Source: Minisyncoccota bacterium (GTDB lineage: Bacteria > Patescibacteriota > Minisyncoccia > Phycocordibacterales > UBA9973). From it: a stretch of DNA of 64,000 nt. Positions 47,945 to 57,376 of the stretch are shown one piece after another; position 1 is the first letter of the stretch, and every line of letters begins with the position of its first letter. The stretch covers positions 4,726 to 68,725 of the forward strand of contig JAGOQQ010000005.1 of assembly GCA_017991395.1 (NCBI GenBank), written 5' to 3'. The position numbers and the translations under genes were made by a program. A model generated the notes under the pieces. It was not told the origin of the DNA. It saw nothing but the letters and a program-made list of their open reading frames with translations, and made no database searches.

Positions 47945-48922
47945 TTAAAATTTAAACGGAGAAATCAGTGATTTTAATTTTATTTCAGCCGGTACTGTAG
48001 GGGTCACAGTAGCAGTGGATGTCGCTGAAATTGATTCGGGAGTAGAGAGTATAAGGGGTTCAAGAACGGGTTGTGTGATTGGTGCATCAATATCATCAGT
48101 CACTACTTCACCGTCAGTGATAAACAATTCATCTTTATATGTAAGATCACCATCAAAGAAATCTTCCTCCAAAGTATCAAGCGCCTCGTTCTCTACAAAA
48201 TCTTGGATTTCTTCAAACGGTGCTACCTCATCGGCTTTTGTTGCAACTTCCACTTCAACTCGTGATGTAGTCTCTTGTGCGACTTGTGTTTGTTCGGCTA
48301 CAGATGCGAGAAGAGTCGCCACTGCAGTACTTGATTGAGTATCGTTTGTAGATTCTGAAATCTTAGAAAGTGATTGTGTGTGAACCTCGAGTGTGTCTTC
48401 GAGTTCTCCTGTAATTTCCACCGCGTCAGAAAGATCTTCCTTTTTTGAAAGCTCAGCGATATGTTCAGATGCTTTTGTAACATGCTCTTCGATATTTTTT
48501 TGCAATTCAACCTGAATTGATTCTTCGAGCTTGCCTGATCGTGCAAGAGTAGCCGCTTCTTCGAGACGACGTTCTGTGAGCTTTACTTCATACTTTGCTT
48601 TTGATTTTTCACCGAGCACAAGAAAGCCTTCAACTTTTTCTGTCATTTCAGTTTTGACCGGATAGAGTGCCTCACCAGGTAGAGATTGGTTTGAGGCATA
48701 TCCTACTCCACCAGAAAGCACAAAGATAATAGCGACGAGGGATGCAGTGTATCGTGATTGAGACATCATCGATATCATGTGTATAAAATATGGTGTCTTG
48801 ATTGGGATAATTCCAGTACGTGAAAGAAGCGCATTTCGAATTGCGAGTTTGTCGTCTTGTGTCATTCGCACACGTGATGCGTGTGAAAAAAGTTTTTTTA
48901 GTTGTTTATCGTAATCGCTCAT
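47945..48922 (-). CDS. putative anti-sigma factor (single TM, long acidic extracytoplasmic domain)
   Basis: It overlaps and lies downstream of the ECF sigma gene. It has one TM segment (LVAIIFVLSGGVGYA). Confidence 0.5.
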   Translation of the reverse strand: MSDYDKQLKKLFSHASRVRMTQDDKLAIRNALLSRTGIIPIKTPYFIHMISMMSQSRYTASLVAIIFVLSGGVGYASNQSLPGEALYPVKTEMTEKVEGFLVLGEKSKAKYEVKLTERRLEEAATLARSGKLEESIQVELQKNIEEHVTKASEHIAELSKKEDLSDAVEITGELEDTLEVHTQSLSKISESTNDTQSSTAVATLLASVAEQTQVAQETTSRVEVEVATKADEVAPFEEIQDFVENEALDTLEEDFFDGDLTYKDELFITDGEVVTDDIDAPITQPVLEPLILSTPESISATSTATVTPTVPAEIKLKSLISPFKF

Positions 48923-49418
48923 CGTGTAATTCTTTTAGTTTCTTAAGTGCCCTGTGAAGTCGTACTGAAATTGAATTTGGTTGATCTCCAGTGAGTTCTG
49001 CAATTTCTTGAATCGTCATATCGTCTACATATCTCATGACCAATACATTTCTATATGATTCGTCAAGTTCATCGAGGAGCACCAGAAGTTTTTTTGCATC
49101 AATTCGAGATTCTTCTTCTTTGCGACCACCGTGAGCTATGTCGAATCCGTCTTCAGAAAGCTCGTCGAGTGACACTTGTGGCTTTCTTTTTCGCAAATAG
49201 TCTATCAGCTGATTGTGCAGTACTCTGTATAAAAATGGCCGTATTTCGTCTACTTTATTGCCTTTTTTCATATATTCCCACGTTTTCATAAATGTCTCCT
49301 GGAGGAGCTCTTTTGCTGCCTCTTTATCAGAAACTCTGAAAATCACGTGACGGAATAAGTCATCTGCGTATTTGTCATATGCATCCAAAAATTGTTTTGA
49401 AATCTTATCAATCTCCAT
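48906..49418 (-). CDS. RNA polymerase sigma factor, ECF (sigma-24) subfamily
   Basis: Region 2 is FMKTWEYM.. and region 4 is IQEIAELTG...ISVRLHRALKKL. Confidence 0.75.
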   Translation of the reverse strand: MEIDKISKQFLDAYDKYADDLFRHVIFRVSDKEAAKELLQETFMKTWEYMKKGNKVDEIRPFLYRVLHNQLIDYLRKRKPQVSLDELSEDGFDIAHGGRKEEESRIDAKKLLVLLDELDESYRNVLVMRYVDDMTIQEIAELTGDQPNSISVRLHRALKKLKELHDERLR

Positions 49419-49525
49419 ACTTATGACGTATAAAGAGGCATAATCTTACACCTCTTTATGTGCGTAAATATATAATACCATGCAATCAAAAAAGCCCCCC
49501 TTATAAGGAGGCTACAATACACAAA

Positions 49526-50116
49526 TTAGTTCAGATTTGGGTCAGATGGGAAATTGGCAAGCAATTTATACTTATCCCCCATAGAACGAAGAACATCACC
49601 CCAGAGATTTTCTGGCGCATAGTCAAAGATCCATTTTTTCACGTCTGCACGAATGGAGGGTGAGCTCTGATGTACTATCCATGATTTCTCACTAATCTCA
49701 AACTCCAGCTGATGTGGCTCCCACCCAGCATACCCGGCAAAAAAGCGAATCTGATTTGGCCTAACCTGTTTAGTGTCAATCAAAAACAACAGCTGATCAT
49801 AATTTCCACCCCACCATAAATTTTCACCAAGCATTACTGAATTTTCAAGCTTCTTACCAATAGTGTGAACATAATACAGTGTGTCGTCTTCTACAGGACC
49901 ACCAAAATAAAGTTGTGCATCAATGAAGGGAAATTCATCAACTGCTTCGTTTACTGACTTATCAGTAATTTTGTTAAAAATAAACCCTCTTGTTCCCCAT
50001 TGGTCAAACTCTGTAATCAAGACTGTTGAGCGTGCAAAATATGAATCAATCAAGAATGGCTCAGCGATAATAATTCCTCCAACTGAGGGCTTCGGTACAC
50101 TATTTCTTTTTTCCAT
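49526..50116 (-). CDS. YqgE/AlgH family protein (DUF179)
   Basis: It contains GGPVEDDTLYYVHT and YAGWEPHQLEFE, which are characteristic of the family. Confidence 0.65.
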   Translation of the reverse strand: MEKRNSVPKPSVGGIIIAEPFLIDSYFARSTVLITEFDQWGTRGFIFNKITDKSVNEAVDEFPFIDAQLYFGGPVEDDTLYYVHTIGKKLENSVMLGENLWWGGNYDQLLFLIDTKQVRPNQIRFFAGYAGWEPHQLEFEISEKSWIVHQSSPSIRADVKKWIFDYAPENLWGDVLRSMGDKYKLLANFPSDPNLN

Positions 50117-50212
50117 TGTGGGTGATTTTTGGAGGTTCGAGACACTTTTTCTTGATACTACACTTTTTTAAAAAAGGGTCAAATAAATGCGTCCGCAGTA
50201 CGGCGGACGCAT

Positions 50213-50503
50213 TTATTTGAAAACCCCTTCACTCTTCAATGTTTTTCTCTTCTTTTCAACACCCCATCTGTATCCACCAAGTGTTCCGTCTTTTCTGATC
50301 ACCCGATGACACGGTACAACTATTGGTAGATTATTTTTTCCGATGGCTGTCCCTACTGCGCGTACTGCTTTAGGTTTGCCAATCTTTTTTGCAATGTATT
50401 CATATGTGCATACACTTCCCTTTGGAATTTTCAAAAGCTCATTCCATACTTTTTGCTGGAATGGTGTACCTTGAGAAAATATTTTTTTCTGAGATGGGGT
50501 CAT
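50213..50503 (-). CDS. ogt: methylated-DNA--protein-cysteine methyltransferase, DNA-binding/catalytic domain
   Basis: The active-site motif is IVVPCHRVI. A terminator hairpin, aaataaatgcgtccgc...gcggacgcatttattt (50175-50212), follows it. Confidence 0.75.
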   Translation of the reverse strand: MTPSQKKIFSQGTPFQQKVWNELLKIPKGSVCTYEYIAKKIGKPKAVRAVGTAIGKNNLPIVVPCHRVIRKDGTLGGYRWGVEKKRKTLKSEGVFK

Positions 50504-50880
50504 GGGTGAATGATATCACGAAAATACAGGACTCTCGACTACCGTCGCGGGTACTTCACTTATTTAGTACAGGACTCTTTCCTTACAGGAACAGTATACC
50601 TTTTCGATTTTCTCAGAGCACAGCTCTTCGTAAATAGCGAAAAGCTTTTCGAGTCCTGACGCAGAGTCTCCCAGACTCTGCTTACGGTCCACGCAAGAAA
50701 AAAGGCCTAACAAAAGTTAGGCTCTTTTTTCAAAGTGTGGACTTCTCTACACAAGAATTGAATCAACAGGATGATACCAAAAAGAGCTATAAATGGCCTA
50801 ATGTCCTGCCTAGAAACTTAGAAGAGGAAGAGTTATTCTGGAAACAGGTATATGATGATGTAATAGAGTTAGCATCGATA

Positions 50881-51708
50881 CTAAGAGGAGAGTAATTTTG
50901 TCATTTTGATTTTTAAGGACACTAAACCATCTTTAAAGATAAAGTCACCATACAAACACCAATTAGTTCCTTGTATGGCATTTTGTATCGTGGTACGGAC
51001 AACTTGAAGAGATTGTGTTTCTCCTCTCACACTCAAATCCAATGTTTTTATTATAAACGTTGTCTCTTTGCAATAGGGTTTTTCAATACAACTTATCCTT
51101 GTGTAGTTCTGATTAATTAGTACCCTGTTCAGTCTTTTCTTAATTTTAAATATTGAAAGTTGTTCAACTTTTGTTTCTTGAGGTGAAAGTTTTTTAGGTC
51201 CAAGAATATCTGCAAGTATTAAAATATCATCATAAACTTTTTCCCAAAACTTCCCAATGTGCACACAAGGATCATCATCTTTTATACAGTACTTTTCCCT
51301 GTCAGCTTCTTTGATCTTTTTTCTCTTTCTTAATTTATATGGTTTTTCATCTTCAGATTCACGAGGTGGCACCCATTCAGAACCATCATTATATAGTGCA
51401 CGCTTTGGAAGATGTCCCTCTAGGCACGAATAGAAAATGAGTACTCTTCCTTCATCTACAATTTTAGAAGTTGCTCTCATTCTTCTTTTGCATTGGAGAC
51501 AGTATATATCTTCGGGAATAACAGTTCTAGATAAGAGGAGAGCTTTTTGAGCAAGTCGTTCTCTTACAAGCTTCAAGTAAGTAGGTTTGGCTTTCCACCT
51601 TTGATACAAATAGGAACTTTGCTTAATGTGTTTCTTTTTCTTTGCGAAAATTATAGTTTGGGAATCATATAAATCATTGAGATATTTTTCTTCTTGTTGC
51701 ATATACAA
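50881..51708 (-). CDS. hypothetical protein (island cargo), with a possible Zn-ribbon-like CxxC...C..H element
   Basis: It is a 275-aa ORF. It contains YCLQCKRRM...FYSCLEGH. It is lysine-rich. It has its own upstream region. Confidence 0.45.
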   Translation of the reverse strand: MYMQQEEKYLNDLYDSQTIIFAKKKKHIKQSSYLYQRWKAKPTYLKLVRERLAQKALLLSRTVIPEDIYCLQCKRRMRATSKIVDEGRVLIFYSCLEGHLPKRALYNDGSEWVPPRESEDEKPYKLRKRKKIKEADREKYCIKDDDPCVHIGKFWEKVYDDILILADILGPKKLSPQETKVEQLSIFKIKKRLNRVLINQNYTRISCIEKPYCKETTFIIKTLDLSVRGETQSLQVVRTTIQNAIQGTNWCLYGDFIFKDGLVSLKIKMTKLLSS

Positions 51709-51904
51709 ATGATTCAGTATATACCGAAAAGAGATTACTTATATTTTATTGTATAAACATATCAGAAACGAGTACTTTTAGTTTTCCACAATTATTTATA
51801 CGCAATTCACATTTCAAATAAAGTGTGTTATATTATATATATCTCATCTACCCATGGTAGAAGGAGCAAAGAGGCCGTTACCCTATGGGTAGCGGCCTCG
51901 GTCA

Positions 51905-52408
51905 TTATGGATTAAATTTCATAAAGTTTGAATACTCCTTCTGAAGTTTCTTTTTGTCATGTTTATACACAATTGGATAGGCCGTCCATGGCAAAATATA
52001 ATTTTTTCGCTTATTTAAAACAACTAAATATTCCCAATCTCCAAAACAAAGACATATTCTATACTGAATGCCCTTTTTGGTATTTCTTTGATTCTCCCAC
52101 ATTTTCACATTATTCACATTACTGCTATTTTCGATTATTGGTTTTGGCCACTTAATTCGCTCGCATCTTGATTCATCTAAGTTTCTTTGAAGTTCTGGAA
52201 CTTTTCCAGAAGTTGTCATATGCCAGAAAGTTGCTGCCTTGCCTTCAATTAGAGGATATTTTTTCAACCCTAACTTATTACCATTATATATTGGTCTTGA
52301 TTCAATAAAATCTTGTACAAAAGATTTGTAAACCGCATCAACAAAATCATCCCAATTGCTAGAATGGTGAATAAGTAATATAAGGTCTGGTAAGGTTAAG
52401 CTGCTCAT
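51905..52408 (-). CDS. hypothetical protein (island cargo), downstream partner of the DUF3800 gene
   Basis: The ORF starts 8 nt after the DUF3800 stop at the Met in MSSLTLPDL. The track ORF extends to 52447. A terminator hairpin, ggccgctacccatagggtaacggcc, follows it. Confidence 0.45.
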   Translation of the reverse strand: MSSLTLPDLILLIHHSSNWDDFVDAVYKSFVQDFIESRPIYNGNKLGLKKYPLIEGKAATFWHMTTSGKVPELQRNLDESRCERIKWPKPIIENSSNVNNVKMWENQRNTKKGIQYRICLCFGDWEYLVVLNKRKNYILPWTAYPIVYKHDKKKLQKEYSNFMKFNP

Positions 52409-52416
52409 CAATAAAA

Positions 52417-53130
52417 CTACTCGGGTGAATAAAATGAAGGCTCCCAAAAGAATATGTTAAATTTCTCCTCTCTCACCAATGTCGACTTTTCAAGAGAATA
52501 CCCGGATCGTTCTTCGATTCTTTTAATTAAGATTTTCTTGGCTTCGCTTTTTCTTTCACTTCTTTGGGAATATGAAATTGCACCTATTAAAAGATCTGTT
52601 AGTTGCATAATTCCTGTTTCGTTGGATCTTATAATTTGTGTCTTTTTAATGATTTTATTATCGAAATCATACATCGAATTAGAAAGAATATTATGTAATT
52701 CCTTTACTTTTGATCCACCCTTTGTATCCTTAATATCCAAGTAAATATTATATTTAGAATCCGGACTTAAAATCACTTTTAACATATTAAAATATGTTTT
52801 GTAATAGAAAACATCATGTGTTTGTTTATATTGAATGTGATTAAGTTTGTTTTTGTCTTTTATCACCACAATACGAAAATGTAAGTCATCATTATCAAAG
52901 AAGTAATCAATGAGGTCTAAATAAAATTCTTTTTTCACAGTGGAAACTTTGGTCCACTTAATTTCGAAAACGGGGTTAAAATTATGTCGAATTTTTATCT
53001 CCTTGATTCTAGAGTTAATTTCTCTGATTTTCTCTTTAGGACACCAAATAGCACCAAGTACCATGTGTTTTTGGTGATCATTCTCCAAGTGACAACTTTC
53101 ATCACAATAAATATTGTATAAGTTTCCCAT
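52417..53130 (-). CDS. DUF3800-like protein (island cargo)
   Basis: The N-terminal motif NIYCDESCH resembles the conserved (I/L)Y.DESG start of DUF3800 proteins. It is 237 aa. Confidence 0.45.
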   Translation of the reverse strand: MGNLYNIYCDESCHLENDHQKHMVLGAIWCPKEKIREINSRIKEIKIRHNFNPVFEIKWTKVSTVKKEFYLDLIDYFFDNDDLHFRIVVIKDKNKLNHIQYKQTHDVFYYKTYFNMLKVILSPDSKYNIYLDIKDTKGGSKVKELHNILSNSMYDFDNKIIKKTQIIRSNETGIMQLTDLLIGAISYSQRSERKSEAKKILIKRIEERSGYSLEKSTLVREEKFNIFFWEPSFYSPE

Positions 53131-53224
53131 GAGGTGATTATACCACCTTCATTTGATTTAAATAAAATTACTTAAAACTATTTTAAATCACTATTTTTAG
53201 AATTTCCAAACGGACCTTGTCAAG

Positions 53225-53257
53225 ACAGGAAAAAGAGCTATTTCTAGCTCTTTTTTG
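53225..53257 (-). terminator. terminator hairpin immediately 3' of tRNA-Ala
   Basis: On the minus strand it reads agagctagaaatagctct plus a T-run. It is similar to the hairpin acagagcgtttagctctg plus T-run just 3' of tRNA-Trp (4995-5019). Confidence 0.55.
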
Positions 53258-53330
53258 TGGACCGTACAGGACTCGAACCTGCCACCCCATCATTGCAAAT
53301 GATGTGCTCTACCAGATGAGCTAACGGCCC
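53258..53330 (-). tRNA. tRNA-Ala (anticodon TGC)
   Basis: The acceptor is gggccgt/acggtcc. The D-arm is gctc-atctggta-gagc. The anticodon stem catca/tgatg has loop ttTGCaa. The T-arm is gcagg-ttcgagt-cctgt. Confidence 0.8.
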
Positions 53331-53493
53331 AGAATTTAATTTCAAACTTTATCTTTCCTCCCCTCTTTCACGATACACCACAGACGAGGTTGGGAGGTAA
53401 GGCATTGAAATCCACCCCAATAGTATACCCATATTTATATTTTTTGCAATATATATACACCCTCATCAATACTGCTCATGATATACTATTTAT

Positions 53494-54558
53494 ATGGACG
53501 CATTCATTCAACAAACTCAAAAAAAGTCACATACTTTTCTCGTGGTCACGTTTTTGTTAATTATATTTTTTGCATTTATAAGTATTATCGGCAGTATTGC
53601 TGTTGGTAGAAAAATAGACTCATTACAACGAAAAACCCTCATCACGCGTGCTGAAACCGCATCACTTGCTATCAATACTGAATACCTAAAAAAACTTGCA
53701 GGGACTCCGGAGGATATCAGATTGCCAGAATATCAATCACTCAAAAAATTGATGTTCGATCTCAAACAAAAAAATTCTGATGCACGCTTTGTGTATCTCA
53801 TGGGACTGCGTGGTGAAAAACTATTCTTTTATGTTGACTCAGAACCTACCGACTCCAAAGAGTATTCTGCTCCAGGTGATATCTATGAAGAAACATCACC
53901 TGAAGAAATTGAGAATTATCTAAAAGGAACCGCATTTGTGCAAGGTCCTTATGAAGATCGTTGGGGTAAATGGGTCACCGCAGAAGCACCAATATTTGAT
54001 ACAAACGGACAAACTATCGGAATCATTGGTGTCGACATCAGTACAACAATCTGGCGAACTGAAATATTGTTTGCACGAATAATGATATCTGTCTCTGCTG
54101 CTCTTTTGACTGTATTCTTGCTCATTTTGTATATGTATCTCGAACGATCAATAAAAAGTTTGGACAGTCTCAAGCAAACCAAAAACACACTTGAAGCTCA
54201 GAAGGCAGTATTGAGCGAAGCAGAAGATGTGGCAGGACTTGGTAGATTCACTCTCCTTCTTGGTAGTGGCACAATGACATGGGACAAAACAATGTATACA
54301 TTTTTTGCAATCCCAGATAATACAAAAATCGATAGAGAATTATTTGAATCTTACATCGACGAAAAAGACAGACAAAAAATACGGCAAGTGTTTGACACTC
54401 TCACAAATGGTAGCGAAAGTCGGGCAATACTTGAATACACAATTTCACACAATGATACACACCGCACTCTCCTTAGTATCATGAAAGCATACAAAGGTCC
54501 ACAAGGTGAAATCACTCGCATTGTCGGTACTACTCAAGACGTATCCAACAGACATTAA
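53494..54558 (+). CDS. membrane sensor protein with a periplasmic Cache-like domain plus a cytoplasmic PAS domain and no output domain
   Basis: It has two TM segments flanking a ~150-aa extracytoplasmic region. The C-terminal PAS-like fold is GRFTLLLGSGTMTWDKTMYTFF...GEITRIVGTTQDVSNR. Confidence 0.5.
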   Translation: MDAFIQQTQKKSHTFLVVTFLLIIFFAFISIIGSIAVGRKIDSLQRKTLITRAETASLAINTEYLKKLAGTPEDIRLPEYQSLKKLMFDLKQKNSDARFVYLMGLRGEKLFFYVDSEPTDSKEYSAPGDIYEETSPEEIENYLKGTAFVQGPYEDRWGKWVTAEAPIFDTNGQTIGIIGVDISTTIWRTEILFARIMISVSAALLTVFLLILYMYLERSIKSLDSLKQTKNTLEAQKAVLSEAEDVAGLGRFTLLLGSGTMTWDKTMYTFFAIPDNTKIDRELFESYIDEKDRQKIRQVFDTLTNGSESRAILEYTISHNDTHRTLLSIMKAYKGPQGEITRIVGTTQDVSNRH

Positions 54559-54559
54559 A

Positions 54560-54600
54560 TTAAATCACTTGCACATATATGTGCAAGTGATTTAATTTTT
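54560..54600. terminator. bidirectional terminator (perfect 16-bp-arm palindrome)
   Basis: ttaaatcacttgcacatat/atgtgcaagtgatttaa, flanked by T/A runs. Confidence 0.65.
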
Positions 54601-55554
54601 ACCAAGTGAATCATCTATTCGTGACTCGAGAAACTGTGCGAATGATATTCCCATTGCATCAAGTGCTTTTGAAAATGGTGAGTGTTCATTGAATGCAGGT
54701 TGATTGTCTACTTCGAGCACATACAAGCCTTTTTTGTTTTGAATAAAATCAATACTCGAGTATCCTTTGAGTCCGAGCGCGCTGTGAATTTTGCGTGCAT
54801 GCGCTTCCACTTCATCACGTTTCTCTTTGTGTGTATCCTTTGGAATATAAAACAAGTATTCGCCCGAAACCCTATGATGCGTACAAAGCATTCCCTCTTT
54901 TGTTGAAATACAGTGTGCAGGAAATGTATAGTGCTCTTTGTTTCTAAAATTATCTATCACACCAGTCCAAAGTTCTTGTCCGTAAATATATTCTTCAATC
55001 AAAATTTCTTCATATTTATTTTTCAAATCATACAATGCACCGACGAGCTCGTCGTATGTTCGTGCAATATATGTATCGACAGATGATCCGCCAGAAAGTG
55101 GCTTCACTACCCACGGTGGTGAAATTGTCATAAAGACATCCTTCGCAACAAGTTCCACAATGTCATCGTCCACACATTTTAATACACGAGACTTTGGAAT
55201 CAAATATCCAAGTTCTTTGAGTCTTTCTTTTGCGAGAACTTTGTTGTGGCAAATCGCGGACGCAAGCATCCCCGAACCCACATACGGCACAGAGAGTGAG
55301 TCGAGAAATTGTTGGACTTTACCATCTTCTCCAAAATGCCCATGAAGTGAGTTCCAAATAATATCCACGCTCATTTTGAGTTTATCAGGACTGACAGGCA
55401 GACCATTCATGTGCCATTCACCATCTTTTGTAATAAGTAAATCAATCGGAATAAACTTGTCGCGGTTCAAACTCGAAAGAACTCTTCCTCCAACAAGAAG
55501 AGAGATATCATATTCTTGACTTACTCCGCCACGCAATACTCCAACACGAATCAT
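54592..55554 (-). CDS. ddl: D-alanine--D-alanine ligase
   Basis: It has ATP-grasp motifs. The N-terminal motif is IRVGVLRGGVSQEYDISL and the C-terminal domain is EVDNQPAF. I chose the internal Met, and the track ORF extends to 55605. Confidence 0.8.
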   Translation of the reverse strand: MIRVGVLRGGVSQEYDISLLVGGRVLSSLNRDKFIPIDLLITKDGEWHMNGLPVSPDKLKMSVDIIWNSLHGHFGEDGKVQQFLDSLSVPYVGSGMLASAICHNKVLAKERLKELGYLIPKSRVLKCVDDDIVELVAKDVFMTISPPWVVKPLSGGSSVDTYIARTYDELVGALYDLKNKYEEILIEEYIYGQELWTGVIDNFRNKEHYTFPAHCISTKEGMLCTHHRVSGEYLFYIPKDTHKEKRDEVEAHARKIHSALGLKGYSSIDFIQNKKGLYVLEVDNQPAFNEHSPFSKALDAMGISFAQFLESRIDDSLGKN

Positions 55555-55646
55555 ATACGCTAAGTATAAAGCTAAAAGCTGAAAGTTCAAAGAAAAATAC
55601 ACCATACTACTCTGTATGGTGTATTTTCAAATCACATTTTCTGCCC

Positions 55647-56915
55647 CTACTTCTTTCCCAGAAAATTTTTACTTCTTTTTAATTTATGAAATGTTATTGC
55701 AAATCTGTGTGCTTCACTATTTACAAGTAAAATAGCATCTTTGTATTTTGAGACAATAGTTTTGTCGCCACGAATCTCCCGCGCTTTGTGGCGTTCATCT
55801 TTTACCACCGCCACGATGGGAATTGAAATTTGATATCTATCAAGTACTTGCTGTGCAATATTTTCTTGCGCGACAGAGCCGTCTACTACAACTAAGTCAG
55901 GAATTCCCCATTCCATATGTCGAAAACGTCGCGAAAGAATTTCCTCAAGTGCACCCGTGTCATTGGAATTTGCCTGCGTGCGAACTATAAACTTTTTGTA
56001 TTCTTTTTTGGCGGGGATGCCATTTTCAAGTACTGTCATAACGCCGACCATGTTTTTACCCGACATGTGCGCCACATCATATGCCTCAATTCTAAAGACA
56101 GAGATACCAGATTGATATACCTCTGTGCTCAAATCATTTTTCAACAACGCCACGTCATTTATATGTTCGAGTGAAAAGAGTGTTTTCTTTATTTTGTGAG
56201 CTTCTTCAAATTTCTGTTTTTTTGCGCACTCCATCATTTCCTTTTTAAGATTTCTGACAATATCTTTTTTCTTTCCTTCAAAAAACAATCGAATATTTTT
56301 GACCGTTTTTCCATATCGAAGTGCCGCATCAGACTCACTCATGTCAGGAGTAAGTTCGATTTGTTTATAAAACTCATAATTATCACTTTTTGATGATGAG
56401 TCATCTCGAAATGGAAAAATCCGTCGAATGATTTTCAACGCCTCACGCAGTGCACTTCCGTTTGCAAATGGACCATAGATTGCTTTTAGTTTAAAGTTTT
56501 TTCCTGTATTGGTTTCAAAATCAATATCTTTTTTTCGAATTGAGAGCACTTGAGGAAATACTTCATCAGTGATACCGACACACATAAAACTTTTGTCTGA
56601 TTTCTCTTTGACGTTGTAATGTGGTTGATACTTCTTTATTAGCTCTGCCTCCAAAAGAAGCGCCTCAAGTACAGAGTCTGTTTCTTTCCAGTCGAGTGTA
56701 TCCGTTTTGACCGTCATATCTAGAATTGCCGGACCGCGAGTGTCGATCAAATCCTTGGCAAAATAACTCCGCGTACGATCTCTAAGTGATGTCGCTTTCC
56801 CAATATACAAAATATCTTTTCCCTTTCGGACCCCTACGCTTTGCTTCGACGGTCCAAGAAAAAAATACACCCCTGGTTTTTCAGGGATATTTAGTTTTTT
56901 GACTTCAGAAATCTT
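55647..56915 (-). CDS. uvrC: excinuclease ABC subunit C (short form: GIY-YIG plus the RNase H-like endonuclease domain)
   Basis: The GIY-YIG motif is PGVYFF...ILYIGKATSLRDRTRSYF. The C-terminal UvrC endonuclease domain is present. I chose the Met at 56915, and the track ORF extends to 56978. Confidence 0.7.
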   Translation of the reverse strand, partial: KISEVKKLNIPEKPGVYFFLGPSKQSVGVRKGKDILYIGKATSLRDRTRSYFAKDLIDTRGPAILDMTVKTDTLDWKETDSVLEALLLEAELIKKYQPHYNVKEKSDKSFMCVGITDEVFPQVLSIRKKDIDFETNTGKNFKLKAIYGPFANGSALREALKIIRRIFPFRDDSSSKSDNYEFYKQIELTPDMSESDAALRYGKTVKNIRLFFEGKKKDIVRNLKKEMMECAKKQKFEEAHKIKKTLFSLEHINDVALLKNDLSTEVYQSGISVFRIEAYDVAHMSGKNMVGVMTVLENGIPAKKEYKKFIVRTQANSNDTGALEEILSRRFRHMEWGIPDLVVVDGSVAQENIAQQVLDRYQISIPIVAVVKDERHKAREIRGDKTIVSKYKDAILLVNSEAHRFAITFHKLKRSKNFLGKK

Positions 56916-56920
56916 CATAT

Positions 56921-57322
56921 TTGACAAGTATACAATACGGGCGTAAAGTGAGCAAAAACGTACATATGAGCACATCACACATCACTGGAGTCGATTTCAT
57001 CACAACTGAAATCTGTGGGTTGTTTCAAATCAACACCCAAAACAAAAACAGCGAACATAGAGAAATTTGGTGTATGTTTAATTCTATTCAAAATAGACCA
57101 TCACTCGAGGGATTCGTACATAGAGATCTGTGTACTCGAATAGGCATAAAAATGAAAAATCATATGAAGAGTATGTTGGTTATATCAATTTTGTCCGAAA
57201 AAATACTTTGTATTTTAGATAACCATCTCAAACAAAAATCGATTTCATACGATTATGCGCATCAAATGGTGTGGAGGAAACTTTATGAACACAAACAAAT
57301 ACAACTTGGTGAATTTATGTAA
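56921..57322 (+). CDS. hypothetical protein (low confidence)
   Basis: The 133-aa ORF is followed by a plus-strand terminator, gccggcaatgccggc plus T6 (57330-57350). Confidence 0.3.
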   Translation: MTSIQYGRKVSKNVHMSTSHITGVDFITTEICGLFQINTQNKNSEHREIWCMFNSIQNRPSLEGFVHRDLCTRIGIKMKNHMKSMLVISILSEKILCILDNHLKQKSISYDYAHQMVWRKLYEHKQIQLGEFM

Positions 57323-57376
57323 ACACACTGCCGGCAATGCCGGCTTTTTTATTTCCTCCTCCCTCCTTCGTTAAAA

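Larger units (their letters stand above)
50525..53257 (-). mobile_element. AT-rich ~2.7-kb islet inserted at the 3' end of tRNA-Ala, bounded by direct repeats of the tRNA T-arm segment. No recombinase is recognisable.
   Basis: Two direct copies of the tRNA segment GTACAGGACTC lie at the far end, TACAGGACTC at 50525-50534 and GTACAGGACTC at 50567-50577. Both truncate at the same T-loop position as in the tRNA (…GGACTC|GAACC). The second is followed by the 29-mer TTTCCTTACAGGAACAGTATACCTTTTCG, which is shared with the tRNA-Trp remnant. Base composition is visibly more AT-rich than the flanks. The cargo is three ORFs. Confidence 0.55.
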
